64,000 nucleotides of DNA from the human T2T-CHM13v2.0 reference genome, Homo sapiens (GCF_009914755.1 NC_060925.1), one strand, 5' to 3'. Shown: positions 1 through 27,315, numbered from the stretch's first letter. Notes: generated from the sequence alone by a model not told the origin. A program made the numbers and translations.

Positions 1-2126
<2,126 letters not shown>

Positions 2127-2129
2127 TCA

Positions 2130-3717
<1,588 letters not shown>

Positions 3718-5844
3718 CTTTTTTTCCTTTCCATTTTGGTGGGCCGGTTGAAGATGAAATCCACTGAGAAGGGAAGGCCTGGGTCTTCAGCACCCTGTGT
3801 GCCAGTCCAGAACTGGCCTATCTACAGACCCCCTGAAAATCAAATGGGCTTGGATTTGGACATTCTCAATAAAAAGGGTTAAAGGCTGATGGGACCTAAA
3901 GCCTGGTACTTGAATTTTGATCAAGATACGCTGCCTTAAGTTCTCTTCATTACACAGATGATCCTAGGTAATTGATAGATCCTGTGGTTCAACTTGATTT
4001 CTAGATAGAAGCTGGATTCATGTGATGCCAGAGAAGTAAAATTTTAAGAGACCGAAACCAGATCGGAGTCTCACTGTTCCAGTCTGGACCTCTTTGGTGC
4101 TGTAAATCCTGGATATACAGTAGATGATTACTGCGTTTTTCTTTTATGGGCTGTCTTTAGCTTCTGGAGACCTCACTATCCTATTATGTCTTTGTGTGAA
4201 GACATGCTACTTTGTAATTATCAAAAGTGTGGCATCAAACTCTATGGCTATGCATGGGTCACTGCCTGCTCTCACATATTCTGTGATCAGCATGGCAGTG
4301 GTGAGTTTAGTCGCTCACCAGCTATCTGTGCTGCCTGAAACAGTACCCTTTCTGGAAAGCTAGATATTGTCCGCACAGAACTCAATCCATCAGAGAAATA
4401 TAAAGCTATGGTATTGGCAGGACTGCGACAAGAGATCGTGTTGGACGTTAGCTCCTGAGCAGTGGGCTTCTGGACATATCAGGTACATCAGGAACATCTC
4501 TATCAAGAACACAATTTCATCAAGGCTGAGGGCCATCTGAAACAGACGGAGAAAATATATACTCAGCAAATACAAAGCGAGGATGTAGAATTGACCTCTA
4601 TGAAAGGGGAAGTCACCTCCATGAAGAAAGTGCTAGAAGAATACAAGAAAAAGTTCAGTGACATCTGAGAAACTTATGGAACGCCATCTTCAGCATCAAA
4701 AGCTCCAAGGCCTCTATGATAGCCTTAGGCTACGTAACATCCCTATTGCTAACCGTGAAGGCACCCTTGAACCATCTACGATTGCACAGTCTGGTGTTTT
4801 TGGCTTCCCATTAGGAATAACAACTCCAAGTTTCCTTTGGATAGTACACCTGTTTAAATCAGGGTGATGGAGATGGAGATTTTCAGTTCAGACCTTTTTT
4901 TTTGTGGGTTCTTCCACAGCACCTGAAACCAGCAACAGCTTATTTAGTTTTGCCTCTCCTCTCTGAGTGGTGAATTAGAGCAGCAGCAATTTCTAGCAGG
5001 GCCTTCAAAGTAAAAAGAATTTGAGCCAGGCATGGTGTCACACACCTGTGATCCCAGCTACTTAGGAGACTGAGGCTGGGAGGATCACTTGAGCCCAGGA
5101 GTATGACACTGTAATGATCTAAGATCATGCCACTGCACTCCAGCCTGGGCAACAGAGTGAGACCCTATTTCTAAAAAACGTAAAGATAATTTAGCTAACT
5201 TTACAGAATGTTTCCAGGTTCACCTTCAGTAATTTCATTTAGCAAATCTTTTATCTAGATACGACTCCCCAGCCTCCCTGTGCTTTTAAGTCTCTGAAGT
5301 TGTCATCAAATTATCAACATAACAAACTCATTGGCAATGGGGAATGGTTTAGAGTCTGGTTTCTCTGTTCCTATTAATTAAAGCATGAGCATTTTATTAA
5401 TCTCAATTTCATTGTGAACTGCTGAATCTTCATCCCTAGTGAGAAGGTCACAATAGTATTTGTTTCAACTCTGGGCTGTTTCTGACTGAGCTGTGTTGTT
5501 TATGCCTTAAGTACCTGTGTTATATGCTACACGTCACTTTGAATTCTAGTATTTATGCATATCTGTATATGTAAGTGTGTTAATTTACACTGATATTTTG
5601 CTGTATTTGCCAGTATGTTTATGTGAAAATTGGAAAATGGTGGGTGATATGTGGCTTGTTATTTGGGTATGTGTATTTATTTGTATATATTTATGTATTT
5701 ACCTTCATATTAACTTGTTTGGAGGTGTGCTTATGTCAGTGAATGAGAGTACAATTTGATGCATGTATGTTCAGTCCCTATATGTATTTAAAAATAACTC
5801 ACATTGATAAAGTTATTTTTTAAAGTTGACTTTTTTGACATTTA

Positions 5845-6488
5845 CAGTTGGCCCTCTGTATCTGCAGGTACTGCATCTGCAGATTCAGCCAACCACATAT
5901 CAAAAATATTCGAGAAAAAATAAAAATAATAATATAACAATAAAAAATACAAATTAAAAACTAATACTGTTTAAAAACCAATACTGGGCCGGGCGTGGTG
6001 GCTCACATCTGTAATCCCAGCACTTTGGGAGGCCGAGGCAGGCAGATCATGAGGTCAGGAGATCGAGACCATCCTGGCTAACACGGTGAAACCCCGTCTC
6101 TACTAAAGATACAAAAAATTAGCCAGGCGAGGTGGCGGGCGCCTGTAGTCCCAGCTACTCCGGAGGCTGAGGCAGGAGAATGGCGTGAACCCGGGGGCGG
6201 AGCTTGCAGTGAGCCGAGATCGCGCCACTGCACTCCAGCCTGGGCAACACAGCGAGACCCCGTCTCAAAAAAAAAAGACAAAAAACCAATACTGGATAAC
6301 AACTATTTGGATAGCATTTACACTGTAGATATTATAAATAATTTAGAGGTGATTTAAAGTATTTGGGAGAACTTGTAGGTTATATGCAAATACCATGCCA
6401 TTTTATAAAAGCAACATGAGCATCCAAGGATTTTGGTATCTGTGAGGGTTCCTGGAACCAATACCCCAAAGATACCAAAGGACGACTG
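5845..6488 (-). mobile_element. MER2 (Tigger-derived DNA transposon) interrupted by an AluY
   Basis: Termini TA-cagttggccctctgtatc ... ataccaaaggacgactg-TA; internal ggttatatgcaaatacc matches the MER2 consensus as recalled. Confidence 0.8.
5987..6283 (+). mobile_element. AluY
   Basis: gagatcgagaccatcctggctaacacgg and ggcgtgaacccggg..cggagcttgc diagnostics; TSD aaaaaccaatactg. Confidence 0.92.
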
Positions 6489-6683
6489 TATTTTAAAATA
6501 AAGCTACTTCTTTCCTTACCTTTTTGTCAACTGTTGCCTTTGGTTTACTTATTCAGGAATATACTTCTGCAGAAAGTTTACCAATGTGTTACTGATCTCA
6601 AGAGACTGTATTAAAATAATTTAAAAGATTTTTAAAAATATATGTACAATGAGGTACTATGTAGCTGTTAAAAAAAAAAAATC

Positions 6684-9205
<2,522 letters not shown>

Positions 9206-11255
9206 AACCAGGGAAGTCTTGTTGGCACAGATGATGCCTAAGTTAAGAGCCTAAGTAGCTACAGGCTACTTCAAATGAACTCTCTGGTCATGGTGACAGA
9301 ATGCTTACTGACTTCCCATAAATTGTACTGCACCTTTCCACTACTCGGGCTGTAATGTTACTTCATGATTCAGAGTAGAATAAGTGGCCCTACTAAGAGT
9401 TTCCAAAAATCAAAGTCATGCAGGCTGCTTATTATCCAATGATGCAGTAAGTTTGTGATGACAGTCTGTGTTATCACAGTTGCTAGCTAGTAACTTTTCC
9501 CTCTACCCTATAGCCCTTCATCCCCTGACAGGGTCCTAAGGAAGGAAAATGACTTAAAAGAATCAGACTCAAACACAGGGCTTGCAAGTTTTTTGGCTGT
9601 CAAATTAAGTACAGGGCTACAGAAGTCCTATCCCACAGATCAGAGTTCCAAAAAGTAACAGTCTGAAAAAGTAAGGTGAAAACATTTCAATGTTGTAGAT
9701 ACATATACTAGGTTAGTATCAAAATAGGTTAGTATCAAAAGAAAAGCTCCATTGAGATTTCTTGGCCAAAAAAAAAAAAAAAAAGACTCCAAAATTTTTA
9801 TATCCAACTCGTTTCTGCCAGTAATGTTGGGCTTTTCACTACGCCACCAGTAGACTCCAGGAAGGCATCATCAGGATTACACTGAGGCTGTCGTAAGCAA
9901 CCATGGCCCACCAAAGCAGTCTTAAGGAACGTTGCCACTTAATAAAGTCTTTAAGCAAGTTGGGACCAAGTTCTCAGATCTTCCCTTGACCAACTGTATT
10001 TACTCTTTTCAAGATGATAGAAATCTGACAAATAAAAATCTCTGGGAAAAATGAAAGGTTCCAGGAAAGAATGACAGAGATTTGTAATTTGATAAAAGAC
10101 ATCAAACACTCAACTGAAAATAACTTGCATTTAGCTTTTTGAACATCTGAAAATAGTACATATGCTCAGTCTTTCTAATAAGTTGTCTCCAGCATGGGGA
10201 TTTCATTGGCATAGTTTGTTCTTTGTTGTAACATGTTAGCTGTTTCATAAGACATAACAATAGTCCTTTCTCTACATCAAAGGACTTAAGGAACTATACC
10301 TCTAACGACTAGTGTGTTGGTATTATTATCCCTACTTTCTTGGTTGTGAAACTGAGGCACAGGGTAAATGAGGCTTGCTTGAAGCCAAAGATTCCTGTCT
10401 AGATTAAATAGAGAATTATCAACTCTGGAATTTCTAAATTAAAAGAAGCAATGAGACCGGCAATATAAAACAAATACTTTAAACATAGGCTACAGAACTC
10501 TATTATGGATTTAGTCTGCTTGAAGCCTCTAAAATATACCTCACTAACTTGTTCTCGAGGAATAATCGCAGTCTGTTTCTAAAGCACACAAAAACAGCAC
10601 CAATGGCTGGTTACCCCAGATAGTTAGAGCAACAGCTCTAATATGGGTCAGGATCCATATCCAAGGAGTCAGCCAGCTTTGCTTTATGTGCAGCTCACAG
10701 ACCGCACCTTTACTTAACAACACTTCTTGTTCACATGGCTCTAGACATAGGACAAAAATTTCTCCTATAAGCCTGGAATTCCCTCCACTTAGAGAAAGAG
10801 ATCAACAAGCAATAGCTGCACACCTGCAAGACAAGGATACTACATGAGTCCTGTTAGGAGATTTGCTCATTTCTAAGTATGTTTTACACAAAACTAATTA
10901 AGAGTTTATACATATTAAGAACCACTGAATTGTACACTTTAAAAGAGTTCTATACATACATACAACTATCTAATCTACATATAAAATTCTACATATCTGA
11001 ACACCACAGAAAAGAACACCACTCAAAAAAAGAAATTTTGAAAATAGCAGACCAAGTAAACCTGGTAGAATCTTTAGAACAGGTTTAGAACTAAACGTGT
11101 TCTAAAGCCAAAAGTCTAGAGTTAGAGTGATTATAAAGACTACTAATGCTTAGTGGAGGCAACTAATACTACTAATGTACTAAAAGTACTAATTAGTACT
11201 AAAGTACTAATGCTTTTGGAGGCAATACAATAGTCAAAAAGGCCTGGGTATCTGA

Positions 11256-14554
<3,299 letters not shown>

Positions 14555-17500
14555 TTAATATACTCAAGGAAAACATGTCAGTCACGGATTCTATATCCAA
14601 ATAAATTGGCTTTGAAACATAACGGTGGCAGATTACTTGTTGAACATTATATGCGCCCTCCTTTAGGAATCTATTAGAAATAAGCTTCAGACAAATGACT
14701 GGAGACACAAGGAATGGGGACTCGTGTGCAGTGATCATCAACGGCTGCTAACATCACAAAATGAAAGACAACCAGATAATCATGTACCTGCAGATGGAAG
14801 AACACACCACTGCCTTGCCAAAAATTCAAACCTAAACCTAATCAAGCCTCAAGTTCAACTACTAATTTACAGACTATACATACAGAGAAACACTCATTAA
14901 ATCAACAAAAACCTAGTTTCTTCAACAATTAAATTACAAGGGGGAAAAAAGAAATGGAGGGAAAACCTATATATCAAGAGACTTAAAAGACATTTCAACC
15001 AATTGTAATGTGTAATCCTTATTCACTTCCTAAGTTAAATAAACACATTTGAAAAAACATGCTGAAATTATATTTATGAGGCAACTGAAAACTCAAACAC
15101 TGATTAGATACTTAATGATACCAAAGAATTATTATTGATTTGGTTTTTTACTGTTTTTTAGAAGTGATAGTGGTATTTCTAAAAAGTGCCCTTATTTTTA
15201 TAATATATTCTAAAATATTTACAGATAAAATTATATGTCTAAGATTTGCTTCAAAAGAATATGGGAGAAAGCAAGTTGGGTAAAATATAGATAAAATAAG
15301 ATTTGCTATAGGTTGTTAACTGTTGATGCTGGGTGACAGATAAATGGGCAATGTTGATTACTTTTGTACAAGTTTTAAAATTTCCATATAAGAAGTTAAA
15401 ATATTAACTATGTCTGGTCTACAACTTGTGTTTAACAATGGCAATTATCATTATTATTATTAGTTGACTCTGAATATTTACTAAATGAATGAGTTTAGAC
15501 ATAGATAAGAATGAATGATTTATCAACAAATATGAAACATTATTATGGAGAAAATATGAAATCTAAGAGCATTCATGTTATCAACGTCAGTTGTAAGAGT
15601 GGAGCTCACTCACCCAGGGCCTGGGAGAATGAATGAACCAATAATCTCTCTTGATAAGTCAGGGAAAGAGGTTTGGGTAGCTGAAATAAAAAGTGAGAAC
15701 CAGTAAATCAGTAAAATTGTGGGGTTAGATAAAGCAAAATGAAGTAGAAAATGGTGCCAGAAAGTATAAAACCAAATGAAATATGTGTCCTTTAAGTGAA
15801 AAAACATAACTTAGCAAATATGGTATCTAACTTCAATATCCTATAAGCACATGTGATGGAGGTTTCCACATATAAGTAGGACTGCAATACATTTAGCAAA
15901 TATAAGGTAAAGGAAAAAGATTATAAGTTAAAAATTGTTTTAACAAAAAAAAGCCAAATAAAGTGAATGTACTACTCTGGCCTTTGTCTGAGAACAGAAG
16001 TCAAACACGAAGACCTCACAATAATAGCTGGGAAACTCAATCTGGAGGAAGTGGGTAAAGATAAAACCAAAAGCCAATAAACCTCAAACTTTTAGGGAAT
16101 GTTCTTATCTTACCTAAAATCTTATTGGAAACAGACCAAAAGAGCCTATTAATGTTTAGGAGCTCTTTTGTGGGCACACGGGAAGAAAAAACATGGGCTT
16201 AAAGGGCCACTGTGTCATGCATGGCACAGCTGCTCAGTGCAACTTTCTCCTTTAGAGAGATAACCGACATCCCTTAGCAAACACTGACAACTTACTTCTT
16301 AGGCTGTCTCACTTTCTTCAACTGTTTATACGCACTTCCACTGCCCTTTCTACAAGTTTATGTTAATTCTAATCAGTTAATTCTGAATTTTGGCTTAGCT
16401 CAGTTCCTAACAGCTATTTGGGCATTTATTTACGTTCTTCCAACAGTTAGCCTTGTTGCCTTCTACTCCTGGTTGGAAGGCAATCTGATATGAAGCCAGG
16501 ATTTCAGGGGCTATTGTAGTAAGAAAAAAACAAGTAAAGATAGCAAAGACTTGCTGGCCAAAGTCACAGCTTGGAAGATGGCTCAGAGGTAGGATTATAT
16601 GTAAGAGATTCTGTGTAAATGATGTGGGGGAATGGGTAACGGAGGAACAGAAATTAGACTGCAGAAGGACTTAGTAAAGATTCTGATTTTAGGTGCAAGG
16701 GGAAGCCCTAAAATAAGGAGTAAAAGATCAAAGTCATGGCCGGGCGCAGTGGCTCACGCCTATAATCCCAGCACTTTGGGAGGCCGAGGCGGGCGGATCC
16801 CGAAGTAGGAGATCGAGACCATCCTGGCCAACATGGTGAAACCCTGGCTCTACTAAAAATACAAAAAAATTAGTCGGGCTTGGTGGCAGGCACCTGTAGT
16901 CCCAGCTACTCGGGAGGCTGAGGCAGAAGAATGGCGTGAACCCAGGAGGCAGAGCTTGCAGTGAGCCCGCACTCCAGCCTGGGCTACAGAGCGAGACTCC
17001 GTCTCCAGAAAAAAAAAAAAAAAAATCAAAGTCATACAAAAAGGCAGTAACTTGGAGAGTAAAATGCCCCTTTGGAGGTTACTTTACTTTCCTTCTCATG
17101 CCTTCTCTCCTAACAGTTGCCACTATTACTTCTCAAGCCTCCAAGTATTAGAGGAACTTATTTGCCTGGGACTTTCAAGATCTCTAGCTTACTGGGCCAA
17201 AAATAACTTTTCTAAAATTCAGAGATTATAGAGCAAAGAAAGTTTACACATCCATTCTAAACTTTTAGATGGTAGCTAATACAGCTCTGAGAAGACCACC
17301 AAAAATCCCAAGCTCTTTGCAAATCAAAACTACAGTAAGATACTAACTCATGCTTATTGGGATGACTACTATTAAGAAAAAAATAGGCTGGGTGAGGTGG
17401 CTCATGCCTGTAATCCCAGCACATTGGGAGGCTGAGGTGGGTGGATCACGAGGTCAGGAGTTTGAGACCAACCTGGCCAACATGGTGAAACCCCGTCTCT

Positions 17501-17867
17501 ATACTAAAAATACAAAAATTAGCTGGCCGTGGTGGTATGCACCTGTAATTCCAGCTACTCAGGAGGCTGAGGCAGGAGAATCGCTTGAACCTGGGAGGAA
17601 AGGTTGCAGTAAGCCGAGATTGCACCATTGCACTCCAGCCTGGGCAACAGAGCAAGACTCCTTCTCAAAAACAAAAAAACAAACAAACAAAAATAAGCAG
17701 AAAATAAATACTGGGAAGGATGTGGAGAAACTGGAACCATAGGCTAGGCATGGTGGCTCATACTTGTAATCCCAGCACTTTGGGAGGCCAAGGTGGAGGA
17801 TCACTTGAGCCCAGGAGTTCGAGACCAGCCTGGGCAACATAGTGAGACTCTGTCTCTAAAAAAAAAT

Positions 17868-17927
17868 ACACACACACACACACACACACACACACGTATA
17901 TACACACACACACATATATATATATAT
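17868..17927 (+). repeat. (CA)n/(TA)n compound microsatellite
   Basis: Direct reading. Confidence 0.95.
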
Positions 17928-18100
17928 CCAGGCACGGTGGCTCATGCCTGTAATCCCAGCACTTTGGGAGGCCAAGGTGGGTGGATCACCTGAGATCGGG
18001 AGTTTGAGACCAGCCTGACCAACATGGAGAAACCCTGTCTCTACTAAAAACACAAAATTAGCTGGGTGTGGTGGCGCATGCCTGTAATCCCAGCTACTCA

Positions 18101-18205
<105 letters not shown>

Positions 18206-18226
18206 TTAAAAAATAATAATAAATAA

Positions 18227-18228
<2 letters not shown>

Positions 18229-18266
<38 letters not shown>
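18229..18266 (+). repeat. (CA)n microsatellite
   Basis: Direct reading. Confidence 0.95.
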
Positions 18267-18268
<2 letters not shown>

Positions 18269-20899
18269 ATTTTAATTTATTTATATATTTTTTTGAGACA
18301 GAATCTCCCTCTGTTGCCCAGGCTAGAGTGCAGTGGTACGATCTCAGCTCACTGCAACCTTCACCTCTCGAGCACAAGCAGTCCTCAACCTCAGCCTCCT
18401 GAGTACCTGGGACTACAAGTGTGTGTCACCATGCATGGCTAATTTTTGTATTTTGGGGGCAATATAGTGAAACACCCTCATCTCAACAAAAAATAAAAAG
18501 TTAGCTGGGTGTGGCAACATATGCCCATGGTTCCAGCTACTCAGGAGGCTGAGATAGGAGCATCGCTTGACCCTGGGAGGTCAATGCTGCAGTGAGCCAT
18601 GATTGCGCCATGGCACTCCAACCTGGATGTCAGAACGAAATCCTGTCTCAAAAACAAAACAAGAAAAGAAAGAGAGAAAGAGGTTGGAGCCCTTGTACAC
18701 TGTTGGTGGCAATGTAAAATGGTATAGCCACTGTGGAAAACAGTATGGCAGTTCATTAAAAAATTAAACACAGAAATAGCATATAATCCAGCAACTACAT
18801 TTCTCAGTATAAACCAAAAGAACTGAAAGAGGGTCTCAAAGAAATATTTGTACATCCATATTCACAGCTGCATTATTCACAATAGCTAAAATGTGGAGGC
18901 AACCCAAGTGTCCGTGGATGGATGAATGGCTAAGCAAAATGTGGCATATCCATAAAATAGAATATTCCTCAGCCTTAAAAAGGAAGTAAATTCTGCAGTA
19001 TGCTACAATATGGATGAACCTTGAGGATGTTATGCTAAGTAAGCCAATCACAAAAAATAAATACTGGAGGCCAAGGTGGGCAGATCACTTGAGGCCAGAC
19101 GTTCGAGACTAGCCTGGCCAACATGGCGAAACCCCATTTCTACTAAAAATACAAAAACTAGCCAGGTGTAGTAGGTAGGGCATGCACCTGTAGTTCCAGC
19201 TACTCAGGAGGCTGAGGCACAAGACATGCTTGAACCTGGGAGGTAGAGGCTGCAGTGAGCTGAGATCATGCCACTGCACCCCAGCCAGGGTGATAGAGTG
19301 AGACTCTGTCTCAAAAAAAAAGAAAGACAAATACTCTATGATTCCACTTACATGAGGTACTTAGAGGTAGTCAAAATCATAGAAATAGGAAGTAGAATGG
19401 TAGCTGCCATGGGCTAGGAGGAGGGGGATGTTAGTATTTAATGGTAATAGAGTTTCAGTTTCACAAGATGAAGGTTATAGAGATGGAGGGTGGTAATGGT
19501 TGCACAACATTATAAATGTGCTTAATACCACTGAACTGTACACTTGACCCAAATTTTCTTCTCATTACCCTAATGGAATTCCCCAAATATTCTCTAAACA
19601 AATAATCAGCGGTACTCCAGAAAGCAACACACCCCACATTATTGTATTGGAAGCCCCCACTCTAATCAGAAGCACCCAAAATCCACTTGAGAGAAAATAC
19701 AGAAAAGTAGAAGGAAGGCCAAAAGTGAATGGAAATGCCTATATACATTGTACTGGAGGTGCTGGCCAGGGCAATGAGACAATTTTTTTTTTTTTTAAAG
19801 AGCTGGGCATGGTGGCTCATGCCTGTAATCACAGCATTTTGAGAGGGCAAGGTTGGGGGTATCACTTCTGTCCAGGAGTTCCAGACCAGGCCTGGGCAAT
19901 ACAGTGAGATCCTTTCTCTCTCTATATAAAAAAAGTCCAGGTGTGGTGGTGCAAGCCTGTAGTCTCAGCTACTTGGGAGGCTTAGGTAGGAGGATCACCT
20001 GAGCCTGGGGAGGTCGAGGTTACAGTGAGCCGTGATCGAGCCACTGCACTCCAGCCTGGACAACAAAGTAAGACCCTGGTCTAAAAAAAAAAAAAAGAAA
20101 AAAAAAGAAATTAGCCGGGCATGGTGGCACATGCCTGTAGTCCTAGTTACTTAGTTACTTGGGAGCCTGAGGTGGGAGGACTGCTTGAGCCCAGGAGTTT
20201 GGGGCTACAGTGAGCTGTGACCACACAACTGCACACTAGCCTGGGTGACAGAGTGAGACTGTCTCAAAAAATAAAATTAATGTAATTTAATTTTTAAAAA
20301 GAATAAAGATTAAGAAGGAAGATATAATACTGTTTTTATTTGCAGGCAATATGATGATAAGGTCCTAAACGAATCTATAATTTAAAAGGTCACAGCGCAT
20401 AATGCCAAAATACAAAAATCAATTGTATTTCTATGTACAAGCAATAAACAATTGAAAATAGAAAAAATACCAGTTACAATATCATTAAAAATATTTACCT
20501 AGGAATAAATTTATCAAGACATGTTCAAAATTTCTACATTGGGCTGGGTGTGGTGGCTCATGCCTGTTATCCCAGCACTTTAGGAGACTGAAGTGGGAGG
20601 ACAGCTTGAGCCCTGGAGTTTGAAACTAGCCTGAGCAACACAGTGAGACATCTCTACTAAAATAAAAATCTAAAAAATTAGCTGTGCATGGTAGCATGTG
20701 CCTGTAGTCCCATCTACTTGAGAGGCTGATGTGGAGATCACTTGAGCCCAGGAGGTTGAGGCTGCAGTGAGCCTTGATCACACCACTGCACTCCAGCCTG
20801 GACGACAGAGCAAGGCTGTCTCAAGAAAAAAAAAATCATCACTGAAAATTACAAAACTCAGTTGAGAGAAATTAAGCGAAACTTAAATAAATAGATACA

Positions 20900-21246
20900 C
20901 AATTATGTGTTACTTAATGACAGCGATATGTTCTGAGAAATCCGGTATGTTCTGAGAAATGCATTGTTAGGTGATTTCGTTGTGCGAACATCATAGAATG
21001 TACTTACTCAAACCTAGATAGTATAGCCTACTACATACCTAGGCTATATGGTATAGCCTATTGCTCCTAGGTAACAAACCTGTATGTTATTATATACCAT
21101 AGGTAATTGTAACACAATGGTAAGTATTTGTGTATTTAAACATATCTAAACATAGAAAAGGTACAGTAAAAATATGGTATTACAATCTTATGGGACCACA
21201 TATGTGGCCAGTCATTGACCAAAAATCGTTATGTGGCACATTACTA
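20900..21246 (+). mobile_element. Tigger3a (MER7A-like) DNA transposon
   Basis: gttctgagaaatgcattgttaggtgatttc, aacctagatagtatagcctac and catagaaaaggtacagtaaaaat match the recalled consensus; internal duplication tatgttctgagaaat x2. Confidence 0.82.
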
Positions 21247-21249
21247 TAT

Positions 21250-22625
21250 ATACCATGTTCAAGGATCAAAAGATTCAATATTAAGATGTCAAATCTGAGC
21301 TGGGTGAGGTCGCTCATGTGTGTAATCCCAGCACTTTGGGAGGCCAAGGTGGGTAGGTCACTTGAACCTGGGAGCCCGAGACCAGCCTGGCCAACATGGT
21401 GAAACCCTGTCTCTATAAACTACAAAAATTAGCCAGGTGTGGTGGCACACACCTGTAATCCCAGCTACTCAGGAGGCTGAGGCACGAGAATCAGTTGAAC
21501 CTGAGAGGTGGAGGCTGCAGTGAGGTGGTGCGGTGAGGAGGTGCAGTGGAGGTGGAGATTGCACCACTGCACTCAGCCTGGGTGAGAGAGCAAGACTCTG
21601 CCTCAAAAAGAATACAAAACAAAGACAAAACCATAGAAGAACATCTACACAAAGGTCAGATGGGCAGAGATTTCTTAGGCCGGACACAAAAAGCAATAAC
21701 CATAAAAGAAAAAATCAGTAATTTGGATTTCATCATCATTAAAAACTTTTCTTCAAGAGACACCATTAAATAAAAAGCCACAGACTGGTGGAAAATATTC
21801 ACAACACATATCTCACAAACGACTTGCATCTGGACTATATTAAGAATTCCTACAATCAATAATGGAAAGGCAAACAACTCAATTAAAAAATAGACAAATG
21901 CTTTGAACAGACACTTCATGAACATATATAAATGGCCAATAAACACATGAAAAGGTGTTCAGCATCATTACCATCAGGGAAATGTAAATTAAAACCACAA
22001 TGAGATACCACTACATACATACCTACTAGAATGGTTAAAATTAAAAAGACTGACAACACCAAGTGTTGATGAAGACGTGAAGCAAACGCAACTCTTACAA
22101 ACTGTTGATGAAAGTATAAAATGGTACAATCACTTTAGAAAACTGCTAGTTTCCAATAAAGTAAACCTTACAGCCTATAGAATATTTTCACAAAAAGACC
22201 TGCAGAACAATGCTCATAATAGCTTTATGCATGATAGCCAAAAATTAGAAACAACCCAAATAACTGTCAATAGGAGGATAGATAAATAAATAGTAGTATA
22301 TTCATTCAATGGAATACTACTCAGCATGAAAAGGAACAGATTAGTTATACTTTCAATAACATGAAAGAATCTGAAAAATATGTTGAACAAAAGAAGCCAG
22401 AACAAAATTGTATGTTTCCATTTATATGAAGTTTATAAGCAAATAAAATTAATACATAGTGATAGAAACAGAAGAGTGGTTGACTCAGAAGATCAGAGAC
22501 TTACTAGAAAGAAGCACAAAGGAACTTTCAGGGGTGATGGAATTGTTCTAGATTTGGATAATGGTAATCTAGGTGTATATTTAGTATCTGTGCATTTTAC
22601 TGTGTATAAATTATTCCTCAATAAA
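21250..22625 (+). mobile_element. Old L1M ORF2 end and 3' UTR with an inserted Alu (21298-21620)
   Basis: aatggccaataaacacatgaaaag, aaaccacaatgagatacca, caatggaatactactcagc. Confidence 0.8.
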
Positions 22626-23044
22626 AGGGGTGGGAAAGCCATGTACATATTTGCATTAATTTTTTGTTTTATAGTACAAAAGTCGGTTGAAAATAACACA
22701 TCCGTTTAATCACCAGAAATAACAGAAGAAAGTTTGTCTCCCATTTCAAGTAATATGGCAACATCACAACGATTGAATTTTTTCCAAAGAAAAACAATTT
22801 TAGAACAATCTACAGTGGATCTTTCTCAGCTCATGGGCCACAAACCATTGGGGAGACTATGTTCTCATATCTATGTGCTCCTTAGTTTCTTAACCAAAGG
22901 TTAACTAAAAGTTCAAATATTACATGGGAGGTCTATGAATTTTTGAACGTTCCTTTGTACTTCTTTCTAGTCAATCCTCACCTGCAGAGTCAACTGCTCC
23001 TCTGATTTATACATTAACATTGCTTGTTCACAAACTTCCTATGA

Positions 23045-23368
<324 letters not shown>

Positions 23369-23674
23369 TAGAGTATGTCTTTTTTTTCTTTTTTAATAAA
23401 AATGTGCTATTACTCAAAAACATTGGAAACCAGTGACTATGACAAATTAATGTCTAAATCTTTACTAGTAACCAAATCAAAGAGCAACTGAAGAGTACAT
23501 GGGTAACAAAGTATGTGATGTAAAAATATATCAGAAATAAAGTTTTGTAAACTATAATGCACTGGGGGCCAGGCGTGATGGCTCACGCCTGTAATCCCAG
23601 CACTTTGGAAGGCCGAGGAGGGTGGATCACCTGAGGTCAGGAGTTCGAGTCTAGCCTGGCCAACATCCCATCTA

Positions 23675-23877
<203 letters not shown>

Positions 23878-23890
23878 TCATCTATCTTCA

Positions 23891-26797
<2,907 letters not shown>

Positions 26798-27315
26798 TTA
26801 ACAGAAAAAAAACAATGTAACAAAAATCAAAGCACACATACTACTAGCCTATTTTTATTTAGGTTACTGATACCCACTATGTCAAATGCATAATTCCTAA
26901 CTCTAGCAATCACAGTAAGAAAAGCTTAGCTGCAGATAAACATTATGTCTACCAATATGTATTCTCAGTTCTATCCTTGGTAAAAGTGGGAGGATAGGAA
27001 TGCAGGGGCTTTGCCCTTGAGTTATTCACAATTAAGTGGAGAAGACAAATTCAGTAAATCACAATATATGTCATTAGTGCCACAGCAGAAAAATATCCAA
27101 GATACAGTGGGCATACAATAAAAGGAACACCTAGTTTTCATTGAAAACACAGAGAAGTTTTTATAGAAAGTGATGCTTGAGCTGACTCTGAAGAAGTAAG
27201 AGTTTACCAAGTGGACTTCTGATGTGTGAATTTTTATTCTTTGAAAATATTAGGCTGGGTGAGGTGGCTCACATCTGTAATCCCAGCACTTTGGGAGGCT
27301 GAGGTGTGTGGATCA

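Larger units (their letters stand above)
3718..6639 (+). pseudogene. CCNB1IP1P1: Processed pseudogene of CCNB1IP1 (HEI10 RING E3 ligase); CDS remnant 4186-5024
   Basis: ATG at 4186 gives MSLCEDMLLCNY..CSHIFCDQHGSGEFSRSPAIC, ending AFKVKRI* at 5024. Intronless; in-frame TGA at 4336 (codon 51) and 4456 (codon 91), and a frameshift near 4665. Flanked by a 13-bp repeat atatgtacaatga at 3705-3717 and 6640-6652. Pseudogene number from recall. Confidence 0.93.

Noticed and set aside
9455-9528. Box C (GTGATGA) ... box D (CTGA) snoRNA-like spacing
   Set aside because: No terminal stem, and it is antisense to the host gene; likely chance.
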